Under the pieces are notes generated by a model. It searched no databases. It saw only the letters and a list, made by a program, of their open reading frames with translations, and had not been told where the DNA came from. Shown here in pieces: positions 53,367 through 61,544 of a DNA stretch of 61,544 nt. The position numbers and the translations under genes are program-made. The stretch spans positions 1 to 61,544 of the IMG/VR virus record IMGVR_UViG_3300044998_000395; one strand, given 5' to 3'. The DNA is from a virus. Its lineage: Duplodnaviria; Caudoviricetes. Each line of letters begins with the position of its first letter. Within the stretch, counting starts at the first letter, position 1.

Positions 53367-53728
53367 TTAGTCAGCGAGTCGGAGACCCGCACCCGTCGCT
53401 TTCTCAGACACGTCCTGCAGGTCCTTAGCGAGAACGATCCCACGAGACGCAGCATCTTGGCCCCTCGACATCAGGAAGGTAACGAGCTGTGGCACGGCTT
53501 GCTTCGCGGCCTCGGCCGGCGGGACGCCGATCGGGATCTCGAAGTCGATGCACGCGAGCGGTGCCTCGCGGAACCGGAACGTGTAGGTCTGGTGCGTGGG
53601 CGTGCCGAGCTTCTGCCCGCCCTCGAAGGTCAGCTTGTCGATCGCGACGCCTTCCTTCAGGGCCTCAGACGCGATCTTGACGGCGTCACCGCCAGCGATG
53701 ATCGCCTTCAGCGCTTCCTCGTACGTCA
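53367..53728 (-). CDS. Hypothetical protein
   Basis: AAGGGAG RBS before MTYEEALKAII. Confidence 0.65.
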
Positions 53729-53934
53729 TCCGTGCTTCTCCCTTCGTATGTGCCTGCGCACCTTGGTTATGGCTGACTCGAGCCGCGAGTCGCACTTGAG
53801 CGGGTCAACGACGCGGCCGTCGGTCAACAACACAGTGCAGTCCCTGAGCACCTGGGACGCGACACCCCAATAGACGCGCGCGCCTTCCGTCCAGTAGAGG
53901 ACGGTTCCCTCCTTCACGTCACGGCTTGCTGGCA
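53726..53934 (-). CDS. Small hypothetical protein
   Basis: GGAG RBS before MPASRDVKEG. Confidence 0.5.
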
Positions 53935-54037
53935 TACACCATCTCCGTTTGGCCCTTGCACGGACAGTACGGCATGACTTGCTTACAGACAGGGCGCTGC
54001 CAGCCCTGACGAATGAACTCACCTGGGATGATGCACA

Positions 54038-54616
54038 TCACCAACTCCTATAGTGAACGTAGCCGCAGCCGTTGGTGTCACTCACCTGCACGGCCTCGGC
54101 GTTGAGCTCGGTTGCGATGCGCTCGGCGACCAGCTCCATGTCATCGAACTTCTTGCCCCAGCAGCAGGCCATGACCTCGCGCTCGCTGATGTCGGCCTTG
54201 GTCCACACCCGCACCTTGTAGGCCTCGTTCACGATGACCTCGATGATGCGCTCGGTGAACGGCTTGAACTTGATGACCTTACCCTCGAGCAGCTTGGCCA
54301 GCCAGTGGGCGAACACTGAGCCTGACACGGTAGTCATCGTGTAGACGGCGACCCACTGCCAAGCTGCCTGCGGCGCCTCCTTGATGTTGAAGAGGAACAG
54401 CGCCGCCCAGATGCCGTTACTTGCGACCGCCGCGCCGAGGTAGTACGCGAGGCTTGGGCTGTTTCTCGCCCGGCTCACGAACGTGAACGCCACGTTCTGG
54501 ACGAACGCGAGCGCGACCACGGGCAACAGCTCGGGCCGCCAGTAGCACCAAGCGAGAGCCACTCCAAGAAGAAGACCAGCCCAGAACATCGGCTTGCGGA
54601 TCATACATCGCTCCAA
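54038..54616 (-). CDS. Membrane protein
   Basis: About four hydrophobic segments followed by a soluble C-terminus. Confidence 0.65.
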   Translation of the reverse strand: MERCMIRKPMFWAGLLLGVALAWCYWRPELLPVVALAFVQNVAFTFVSRARNSPSLAYYLGAAVASNGIWAALFLFNIKEAPQAAWQWVAVYTMTTVSGSVFAHWLAKLLEGKVIKFKPFTERIIEVIVNEAYKVRVWTKADISEREVMACCWGKKFDDMELVAERIATELNAEAVQVSDTNGCGYVHYRSW

Positions 54617-54953
54617 CGATACAGGGGTTGCGGGACGACCACGGCGTGCCGTCCATCTTGATTCCCACCCAGGCCATCGCGCTGTTGCCGTCTGGGTACT
54701 TTACCTTCTGCGTCTCAGCCTTCGTGATAAGGCCAAGAGCGCCAGCCCCGCACAAAGCGAGATCGCCGACGCGGGGTGCTCGACCGGGGAAGTCATCACG
54801 GGCGCAGCATCCACAACAACCATGAACTCGGTCCCGCACCCACACGGGAGGATGACCCACACCGTGCCGGCAGACGAACTCGTTGTTGTGGGATGCATCG
54901 AAGCGCCAGTTACCGCCACTTGCGGCTCCCTTCGTCGTCTTTGACTTTGACAC
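54417..54953 (-). CDS. Hypothetical protein
   Basis: EFVCRHGVGHP...VHGCCGCC metal-binding pattern. The 3' part overlaps the next gene. Confidence 0.5.
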   Translation of the reverse strand: MSKSKTTKGAASGGNWRFDASHNNEFVCRHGVGHPPVWVRDRVHGCCGCCARDDFPGRAPRVGDLALCGAGALGLITKAETQKVKYPDGNSAMAWVGIKMDGTPWSSRNPCIVGAMYDPQADVLGWSSSWSGSRLVLLAARAVARGRARVRPERGVHVREPGEKQPKPRVLPRRGGRK

Positions 54954-55113
54954 GGGTCACTCCAGTCACGAGGGCGAGGAAGACCGGCACGGCCGCCCAT
55001 GCCAGCATGACGTCCTCGCCGTTTGCGAACCGCCACAGGCACGCAGCGGCCGCGAGCACGCAGGCAACGGCGCCCGGGTTCCACTCGCTGTTCTTGATCA
55101 CCTTGAGCAGCAT
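54910..55113 (-). CDS. Small membrane protein
   Basis: Two hydrophobic segments. Confidence 0.45.
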   Translation of the reverse strand: MLLKVIKNSEWNPGAVACVLAAAACLWRFANGEDVMLAWAAVPVFLALVTGVTRVKVKDDEGSRKWR

Positions 55114-55115
55114 GT

Positions 55116-56237
55116 TCACTCGAGCCATTCGACACCTCCCATCTTCTCGCCCGCCAGCGCCCTCTCGAGGGCCGAAAAGTCGGGCGTCGTCTTCTGGCGC
55201 AGATGCTCTACCCATTCGCGGTCGCTCCAGTGGCCCCACGGCTCACCCGCCTTGATTCGTGACGGGTGGTCGAGCGGGACGTACTTTGTCCGGAGGTCGT
55301 AGGTATGTGTGTCGCCGACGACCGGCCTGGGCGTGCAACCAGCGAGCACGTACTCGCGGAGCTTGCCCGTGTTGAAGTTCGACTCGATCGGGATCATCGG
55401 GCCGGATGAGTAGTGCCGGAGCTTGTCCTGCACCTCGTCATGCTTCAGGAGTCCACGGTGCTTGTCCGCCCACCCGGTCTCCTCCCAGCCAGACCCGTAG
55501 ATCGCGAAGTCCTCAGTACAGCTGTTGAGCACAGCCTCCCAAGTCGCGCCGCGACGACCATTGCCGTTCACGCGCTTGTCATTGATGTGGCTGTGGGCCA
55601 GCACGATGATCGCAGGCACCTGTGCGACGGCATAGGGCTCGAGGTACGACATCCCGTAGGACCACCAGTTCTCGGCCGAGGCGTCGACCTCGACGAGGCG
55701 CTGCTTACGCCCGCGCACGATGCGGGTGAACTCGCTTGAACGCTGCGAGAGCAGGCTGGCCGGGACGGCCCGGGGCCAGTAGTGCATCTCGTGGTCCTTC
55801 GGGTAGTTGCGCGGGTCGTTGATGACCACGTGCCTCGGGAGATCGAGCGCATGGCAGGCCTTGAGGCAAGGCATTACCGTGCGGGTCGCCCACATCTGGC
55901 ACCGCACGCCCCACTCGTTCGCTGGGTCGCTGATCGTAGGCGCCGCGCCTGCGACGTTGAGGCAGACGTCCGGCTTCCAAGCGGCGAGCTCGGCGATGGC
56001 AGCGTCCGCCCGCTCGTGGAATAGCGACGGGTCGTCGAGGTCGTCGAGCCCGCTCATGTTCACGTTGAACACGGGACAGCCGAAGTCGCCCTGCGCCATG
56101 CCGAAGACGCAGACCTCGTGCTGCGAGTCCTTGAGGTAGCGCAGCACGCCGAGCGCGTCTTGGTTGCCGGCGACGGGCGAGGCCTTGTGGTTGTCGGCGT
56201 ACAGGACTGTGCCCGTACGCATCAGAGCGATCCTCAT
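55116..56237 (-). CDS. GT-B glycosyltransferase resembling T4 DNA beta-glucosyltransferase
   Basis: Colinear motifs versus T4 BGT as recalled: MRIALMRTG/MKIAIINMG, INDPR/FTDIR, LLSQ/VISQ, IYG/FFG, NFNTGKLRE/NFITLRVWE, YD/FD. Confidence 0.7.
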   Translation of the reverse strand: MRIALMRTGTVLYADNHKASPVAGNQDALGVLRYLKDSQHEVCVFGMAQGDFGCPVFNVNMSGLDDLDDPSLFHERADAAIAELAAWKPDVCLNVAGAAPTISDPANEWGVRCQMWATRTVMPCLKACHALDLPRHVVINDPRNYPKDHEMHYWPRAVPASLLSQRSSEFTRIVRGRKQRLVEVDASAENWWSYGMSYLEPYAVAQVPAIIVLAHSHINDKRVNGNGRRGATWEAVLNSCTEDFAIYGSGWEETGWADKHRGLLKHDEVQDKLRHYSSGPMIPIESNFNTGKLREYVLAGCTPRPVVGDTHTYDLRTKYVPLDHPSRIKAGEPWGHWSDREWVEHLRQKTTPDFSALERALAGEKMGGVEWLE

Positions 56238-56312
56238 TGTGTCCCCTTGCAGATGCAGTCGTTGCAGATGTGCGAGCCGTCCATGAGCGGGATCAGCATC
56301 TCGGGCTCCGAT

Positions 56313-56780
56313 TTACGTAAGGCTGATAGCACGGATGCCCTCGTTTCGGTTGATGCAGACCGCCCGGGCCGTGTCGACGTCGGGCGCGTACGGTTTCCTG
56401 TCATTGACCAGCAGCCGCGGGCCATTACCGCAGCCGTAGATGACCCGGTGGACGGCCAGACCCAATCGAACCAGCTCGGACTCGACGTGCATTCTGGTGG
56501 CTTCCGGCCGCCCCGTCGTGACGATAATCTGGTGGCCGGCGTCCCACCATTCCTTGAGTCGTTCCCGGGAACCGATTAGAGGAATAAGTGGCTCGTTCCA
56601 CTCGCGATGCTCGACGAGAGTGCCGTCGAGGTCTACGAAGATCGTATGCGTCGCAAGCTTGCGAGCCCGTCCCTCGTCGGCAGGCTGGGCCAGTGCCTGA
56701 TCAGCCTTGCCCAGTGAGTCACGAGGAACGCCCAGTCCAGTTCGGTCGCCCACGTCGGTAACGGTCTCGGGTCCTGCCAC
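56313..56780 (-). CDS. HAD-superfamily phosphatase (start uncertain)
   Basis: IFVDLDGTL motif I, IIVTTGR motif II, LVND motif IV. Confidence 0.8.
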   Translation of the reverse strand: MAGPETVTDVGDRTGLGVPRDSLGKADQALAQPADEGRARKLATHTIFVDLDGTLVEHREWNEPLIPLIGSRERLKEWWDAGHQIIVTTGRPEATRMHVESELVRLGLAVHRVIYGCGNGPRLLVNDRKPYAPDVDTARAVCINRNEGIRAISLT

Positions 56781-57262
56781 TTTCGTTCCTCCCAGCGCAT
56801 GCAGTAAGACTGCAGCAGCTTGCCTCGGTCCAGCTCGGCGCACACCATGCCACGGGCGTCGCCCGGGTCGATGAACACAACCGTCCCGCACGGCTTGATG
56901 ATGACGTTCTCGAAGGTCAGGTCGCCGTGCACGGCCTGCACCGAGAGGATGCGGTGGTTCTGAATGACGCGTACGGCCTCGTGAACAACGTCGTCGTCGC
57001 AACGATCGAGCACGTACGCGCAGTAGTCGTTGACGACGTCCCGCGAGAGGACATGGCGGTTCTCGCGCCACACCCAGGTCTGCGCAGCAAACTTGACCAG
57101 CAGGACCTCGTCCGCGGTCGGGTGTCGCCCGTCAACGAAGTCGTACTCGTAGGCCTCGCGCGGACGCAGGCCGCTGGGCCGCATGTGAGCGGGCACGCAG
57201 TTGTAGAACTCCGGCACCTTGCCCGGCTTGATCACGAGCTTGCCGTCACGCATCATCTTCAT
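56633..57262 (-). CDS. APH/choline kinase-like phosphotransferase (putative sugar kinase)
   Basis: HGDLTFENV catalytic loop, FIDP metal motif, D.GKLLQS. ATGA-coupled start at 57262. Confidence 0.8.
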   Translation of the reverse strand: MKMMRDGKLVIKPGKVPEFYNCVPAHMRPSGLRPREAYEYDFVDGRHPTADEVLLVKFAAQTWVWRENRHVLSRDVVNDYCAYVLDRCDDDVVHEAVRVIQNHRILSVQAVHGDLTFENVIIKPCGTVVFIDPGDARGMVCAELDRGKLLQSYCMRWEERKWQDPRPLPTWATELDWAFLVTHWARLIRHWPSLPTRDGLASLRRIRSS

Positions 57263-57843
57263 TGCTGTCTCCAGTAAGCGGCGTACAGCTCGGGAGTACC
57301 GATGTCCCACCAGCCGTCCGCCTCGCGCTCGACTTGCTTGATCCCGGCGAGCGAAGGCCACCCGTCTGGGTCCCATGACTTGCCCGGCCCGACCACCCAA
57401 GGTGTCGTGAGCGAGAAGGGCATGAAGCTCGACCCGCCGCGATCGAGCCGTTCGCCGTCGGCTCCTACGAGGTGCGGTCTCCGCCAAGCGGGCACGCGCC
57501 GTATGACGACACACTCGACTTCGTTGACGACCTCGGCCTCGGGGTAGATGTTGTCAGCGACGACGATCATCGCGCGCACGGAGGCCTTCACGAGGTTGAT
57601 TGCGTCGCCTACTCCCTTGGCCTCGGGCTGGTAGACGTAGGAGTACTTCTGACCCGGGCGGAAGTGCTCGATGACGTCCACGAGCGGCGAGTTCGGCGGG
57701 ACGACGATCACGGTGTGCGAGACGCCATGACGCTTGAGGTAGTCTAGCCCGCTAAGGCAGACCGGTGACCCGTCCTTCGTCGGAAGGAGCGGCTTGTTGG
57801 GCAGGCGAGTCGCAAGACCGCCCGCGAGCATGATGCCGATCAT
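57259..57843 (-). CDS. NDP-sugar nucleotidyltransferase (RmlA/GalU-like N-terminal domain)
   Basis: GIMLAGGLATRLPNKPLLP, YVYQPEAKGVGDAI, ADNIY, WWDIGTPE. Confidence 0.88.
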   Translation of the reverse strand: MIGIMLAGGLATRLPNKPLLPTKDGSPVCLSGLDYLKRHGVSHTVIVVPPNSPLVDVIEHFRPGQKYSYVYQPEAKGVGDAINLVKASVRAMIVVADNIYPEAEVVNEVECVVIRRVPAWRRPHLVGADGERLDRGGSSFMPFSLTTPWVVGPGKSWDPDGWPSLAGIKQVEREADGWWDIGTPELYAAYWRQQ

Positions 57844-58256
57844 CGTCGGTACTCCAAGTCGATCATCGTTGCGCCCAGCCCGTACTCCTTGAGCAGGTCG
57901 CCGAGCTTCTTGTAGAGCACGTCGTCCATCGCCTTGTGTTGTGTGGCGGTGACGTTACGGCAGTTGAAGTGACGCGGCGGCGCGTAGAGCTCGGCCAGCG
58001 TACGACGCTTCGCCTCCGCCCGGCTGATGCCCTCGCGTTGTGCACGGTCCTCATAGAGGTCGATCTTGGGCATCGTGCGCGGCCCGTGTTCTGATAGGTG
58101 CCACGATCGTGTTTTCGGAAACGGCATCTCGAGCGGGGCTTTGCCGAAGTCGTCCTTCTTGAAGCCGTTGACGCATGTGCACGGCACGACGCTCGTGAGC
58201 AGCTGGACCTCGCCCTTGCCTTTGCAGTCAGGACACATTACTGTTTCTCCTTGCAT
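57840..58256 (-). CDS. Hypothetical protein with N-terminal CxxCxGxG motif (likely start 58238)
   Basis: CPDCKGKG...PCTC. ATGA-coupled to the nucleotidyltransferase. Confidence 0.55.
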   Translation of the reverse strand: MQGETVMCPDCKGKGEVQLLTSVVPCTCVNGFKKDDFGKAPLEMPFPKTRSWHLSEHGPRTMPKIDLYEDRAQREGISRAEAKRRTLAELYAPPRHFNCRNVTATQHKAMDDVLYKKLGDLLKEYGLGATMIDLEYRR

Positions 58257-58489
58257 TGCATGAGGACCATCACGTGGTCCTCAAGAACGTGCGCACGCAC
58301 GTGTTCCATCGTCTTAGGGTCCCCGCCGGCCGCTTCACATGCGACCGACGGGATCACGGCGCCTGTCTTCTCGAAGCGGCCACAGACCTTCATCGTCCCG
58401 TGGCAACACCGCCCGTAGACCTCGGCCGATAGCAACTTCGCGACTGCCTCCATTCTTCCTCCGTCAGCCAGCAGCGCCTGCCGGCGCAT
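58238..58489 (-). CDS. Small hypothetical protein
   Basis: GGAGG RBS before MEAVAKLL (about 58453). Confidence 0.45.
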   Translation of the reverse strand: MRRQALLADGGRMEAVAKLLSAEVYGRCCHGTMKVCGRFEKTGAVIPSVACEAAGGDPKTMEHVRAHVLEDHVMVLMQCKEKQ

Positions 58490-58605
58490 CGGCCGTCTAG
58501 CAGGCGGTAGTGAATCACGCCGTCGCGCACAGCCTCGATCTCACGGGTCACGCCGGTCGGCGTGAACTCCCACTCGGAACCGACCTCAGGCAAGTTCGCA
58601 TGCAC
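58390..58605 (-). CDS. Small hypothetical protein
   Basis: GGAGG RBS. PEVGSEW SH3-like beta pattern. Confidence 0.45.
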   Translation of the reverse strand: MHANLPEVGSEWEFTPTGVTREIEAVRDGVIHYRLLDGRCAGRRCWLTEEEWRQSRSCYRPRSTGGVATGR

Positions 58606-61000
58606 CTCCGCTGCAAGCAGGATCAGATGCCCGGCTCGACGTCTCGCTGATCACGGAGTAGTCGACCGGGCGGTAGTTCTCGATCAGGTACTGCCACCGC
58701 GCCTCGTCAGCGGGAGTCGTGACCTCCTCACGTGGCATAAACGGGATGCCCTTATCGCCCATGCGCGGGAGGAAGGCCATCGCCGACACGCGCCGCCGCT
58801 CGTCGTAGAAGCGACGAGTCACCTCGTCCCACTCGTCCTCGCTCACGACGACCGTGCAGCTGACGTTGTGCGACAGCCCAGGGATGATCTGCTCATCGCG
58901 GGCGCCGGGCATGACCCACGATTCGTAGACTGTGAAGATCCGCTCCATAAAGTCGGACGCGGGCATCTGCTTGACAGTCTCGGCGGCGTCGGGCGCCTTC
59001 ACGCAGAACGTGATGCACCAGTTGCCATCCGGCTTGGTCTCCACCATGTGCGGGTTGACTTCCTTGAACCGCTGCGCCACGAGCGAGGTAGGCGACTCAG
59101 TGATGCGGCGGAAGTAGCGCCGCGCGTGGTGCGGATGAATGCCGCTACCGACGGTACCGAGCACGAGCGACGCCGTGCCACTCGGCTTGACCGTCGTGCA
59201 CCGCGCCGATGGCCGGATCCCTACCTGGTCAGCGACGCGGGCGTTGACCTGCTTGACGATCGTCGCGCCGCGACGCAGGACGTCTGGGTCGAACGCGACC
59301 ATCGGTCGATCGCACATGCCTGTGAGGCCAACACCGATGAGAGCCTCGCGCTCAGTGATGCGCTCGGTCACCGGGCCGAGGTACGGCATCTTCGTGAACG
59401 TGGCCTGCAGCGTGCCGAGCGTCGCAGCGGCGTGACAAGCCTGCAGGAACTGCGCCTCGTCCTCGCATGCCGCGACGTTGACCTCGCACAGGTTGCAGAA
59501 CTGGAAGCCGGTGTCATGGCCATAGAAGCCGATCGCGACCGCGTCGCTGCTGTTCATCGACACGACCGTCGGACCGGTCGAGCGGGCCACTTCGTAGGCG
59601 CGGTAGTCATAGTCGAGCGAACGGTCGACCTCGTGCTGGATCATACCCGGCCGTTCGATGACGCCCTGAGACGAACCAAGGCTCAGCTCGAACAGCTTGC
59701 CGAGGTCTGTGCCAGCCGGCCAGTACCTCACACGCTCGTTGGGTAGCGTCAGCTTCGGGTACATCCCGATCTCGGCGCACGGGTTGCAGCCGCAGTCAGG
59801 GTGGGCCAGCCACACGACGCCCGGGTCGCCGTACGCCTTTGCGAGCTTGATGAGGCGCTCGACGTATTCACGTGCCGGTGGCTCGTCCTTCAAGCAGCCG
59901 GCGCTGATGTTCGCCATGCGCCGCCAGAAGTTCTTACCCGACCATTCGTAGTTGCCCGGCACCTTGGCGTGCGCCATCTCGCCATCCTCGGGCGAGAAGA
60001 TCGCGATGAGCGAGCTGCGGCGGATGCCGCCGGCCAGCACCGCCTCGGCGATCTTACACACGAGGTCGAACGCCTCGATGGGTCGCATCTTGCGGAACGC
60101 ACACTCGTCGAGCTGGACTCGGATCTGGTCGTGCAGGCGCTTGAGCGGCAGGTGGCCCGGCGCCCGCCCACCCGACGACTTGAGCTTGGCGCCCTTGGGT
60201 CGGATCTGCGAGTAGTCGAACTCGACGTAGTCGCCGGTCACGAAGTACGACCGCACGAGCTCGCCGACCGAGTTGGCCCAGCCCTCGATGTCGTCAGTGA
60301 CGGTGTGGTGCCGCACGCGGTCGGTGTCGACCTTCATCACGTCGGGCAACTGCTCGACGTGACGATACTGCACGCTAAAACCGACGCCGCACCCGGCGAG
60401 CAGGCAGTAGAAGATCTCCTGGAAGACGCGGAGGCGGTTGATGAGCGTGAACGAGCAGTTGTACATCCGCACGTTGTGCTGGAAGACGCCGGCACCACCG
60501 AACTGCATGCCGCGCATCGACCCGAGCACCTTATTGCCGCGCACGAGGTCGAAGACACCGTCGAGCTCGAGGTACGGAAAGCGCTTGCGGAACATCGTCT
60601 CGTTGCGCTCGATCGTGTCGGACCACGACTCGAACTTGGCGAGGTCCTCACGGTACATTCCGTACTTGCTGGCGGCGACGAACTCGCTGACGGCACGCGG
60701 GTCCGGGTCCAGCCGCTGTTCCCGCACGGCACGCCGCTTGTCGCGGAACGACGTGTAGTGGTCGGCCGTGCCCGGGAACCCGGAGTGCACGAGCTCCTTG
60801 ATGACGGCCGTCTCGAGGTCTCCGATCGAGACGTCGCCCGAGAACTGTGCAGCCACGCGGGCCGCCATGTCGTTCACGCCCTCGGGCACGTGGCCCAGCG
60901 AGTCGTTGAACGACTTGAGCAGCGCGTTGACGATCTTGCGCTGGTCGAACTTCTGGAGAGTACCGTCTCTCTTTATGACGCGAGTTGGTCCCAAGTGCAC
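58586..61000 (-). CDS. nrdJ: Class II (B12-dependent) ribonucleotide reductase with ATP-cone
   Basis: VIKRDG ATP cone, YNCSF, GCGVGFSVQ, AGGIRRSS, NPCAEI, CNLCEVN, TVKPSGT, C-terminal ACSGGACE. No small-subunit gene present. Confidence 0.92.
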   Translation of the reverse strand: MHLGPTRVIKRDGTLQKFDQRKIVNALLKSFNDSLGHVPEGVNDMAARVAAQFSGDVSIGDLETAVIKELVHSGFPGTADHYTSFRDKRRAVREQRLDPDPRAVSEFVAASKYGMYREDLAKFESWSDTIERNETMFRKRFPYLELDGVFDLVRGNKVLGSMRGMQFGGAGVFQHNVRMYNCSFTLINRLRVFQEIFYCLLAGCGVGFSVQYRHVEQLPDVMKVDTDRVRHHTVTDDIEGWANSVGELVRSYFVTGDYVEFDYSQIRPKGAKLKSSGGRAPGHLPLKRLHDQIRVQLDECAFRKMRPIEAFDLVCKIAEAVLAGGIRRSSLIAIFSPEDGEMAHAKVPGNYEWSGKNFWRRMANISAGCLKDEPPAREYVERLIKLAKAYGDPGVVWLAHPDCGCNPCAEIGMYPKLTLPNERVRYWPAGTDLGKLFELSLGSSQGVIERPGMIQHEVDRSLDYDYRAYEVARSTGPTVVSMNSSDAVAIGFYGHDTGFQFCNLCEVNVAACEDEAQFLQACHAAATLGTLQATFTKMPYLGPVTERITEREALIGVGLTGMCDRPMVAFDPDVLRRGATIVKQVNARVADQVGIRPSARCTTVKPSGTASLVLGTVGSGIHPHHARRYFRRITESPTSLVAQRFKEVNPHMVETKPDGNWCITFCVKAPDAAETVKQMPASDFMERIFTVYESWVMPGARDEQIIPGLSHNVSCTVVVSEDEWDEVTRRFYDERRRVSAMAFLPRMGDKGIPFMPREEVTTPADEARWQYLIENYRPVDYSVISETSSRASDPACSGGACELA

Positions 61001-61544
61001 TCCTTAGCAGGCTTATCGTCGCGCCACCGCACGAAGCGCGGGTGGCGCAGCTTTCCCTTCGCTCCAACGTACTGGTAGGCGACCTCGAAGACGCGTCCCG
61101 CGTCGTTCACGGACATCGCCTTACGTTCGTCGTCAGTCATCCCGCTGACGTTCGCCACGACGACGAGCTCGCCGTCGCGGTACACCGAACCCTCCAGCGA
61201 GCCGACGAGACCGTCGTACTTGCCCTTGCCCGGCTCGACGCCAGTCACGACGCAGTCAACCGTCTCCTCAGCCTTGACCTTGCACCAGCCGACGTAGTTC
61301 ATCGACTTGAGGACGTAACCCTCGAGTCCCTTGGCCGCGGCGAGCTCGACGAGCTTCTGTTCGGCCCATGACTCGTCCCACGGCGGGTCGCCGAGCAGCT
61401 CCTCGAGCGGGTGCAGCTCGGCGAACTGGTGGTCGTCCCACACGAGGCCGCGGAAGTCGTCGCGGATCTTGTCGACCCGCACGGCCTCGAGGTCCTTGCC
61501 GTCCCACCACGGCATCGCGAAAGCCGTGACCACGACACCGCCCT
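60973..61544 (-). CDS. ATP-dependent DNA ligase, C-terminal part
   Basis: EGYVLK (motif IV), WCKVK (V), OB domain GKGK..GLVGSL, LRHPRF.RWRDDK (VI). Confidence 0.9.
   Translation of the reverse strand, partial: GGVVVTAFAMPWWDGKDLEAVRVDKIRDDFRGLVWDDHQFAELHPLEELLGDPPWDESWAEQKLVELAAAKGLEGYVLKSMNYVGWCKVKAEETVDCVVTGVEPGKGKYDGLVGSLEGSVYRDGELVVVANVSGMTDDERKAMSVNDAGRVFEVAYQYVGAKGKLRHPRFVRWRDDKPAKECTWDQLAS
61418..61544. repeat. Terminal direct repeat, identical to 1-127
   Basis: Exact sequence identity. Confidence 0.95.

Noticed and set aside
61418-61544. 127-bp terminal direct repeat as biological genome termini
   Set aside because: It falls mid-gene in the ligase and its length equals a common assembler k-mer, so it is best read as circular contig overlap
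1-61544. Lysogeny module, tRNA genes, CRISPR arrays
   Set aside because: No integrase/recombinase motifs, cloverleaf with T-loop consensus or spacer array was recognised by eye. tRNAscan-SE and HMM searches would be needed to exclude them fully

Overview
This is an apparently complete, circularly permuted ~61.4 kb high-GC tailed-phage genome of siphovirus type. Positions 1-127 are identical to 61418-61544, and an ATP-dependent DNA ligase gene spans that junction. Almost all genes are on the minus strand. The modules are: small early-type genes; DNA metabolism and replication (family A polymerase, primase fused to an MCM-like helicase, SNF2 helicase, class II RNR, ligase); and a full head/tail module. 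I found no integrase and no recognisable endolysin. The most notable candidate system is a two-locus cytosine hypermodification pathway. Locus 1 holds a dCMP-type thymidylate synthase homologue plus ThyX, dCMP deaminase, a dNMP kinase, a MazG-like pyrophosphatase and a divergent C5-methyltransferase. Locus 2 holds a T4 beta-glucosyltransferase-like enzyme in an operon with a nucleotidyltransferase, an APH-type kinase and a HAD phosphatase, suggesting a phage-made, possibly non-glucose sugar donor. Other observations are two proteins with dockerin-like C-termini of the type common in Phycisphaerae (a host hint), a GT25 glycosyltransferase inside the head module, a GNRA-rich structured intergenic RNA candidate, and two families of duplicated non-coding elements at module boundaries. 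All calls come from motif reading by eye; no searches were run.
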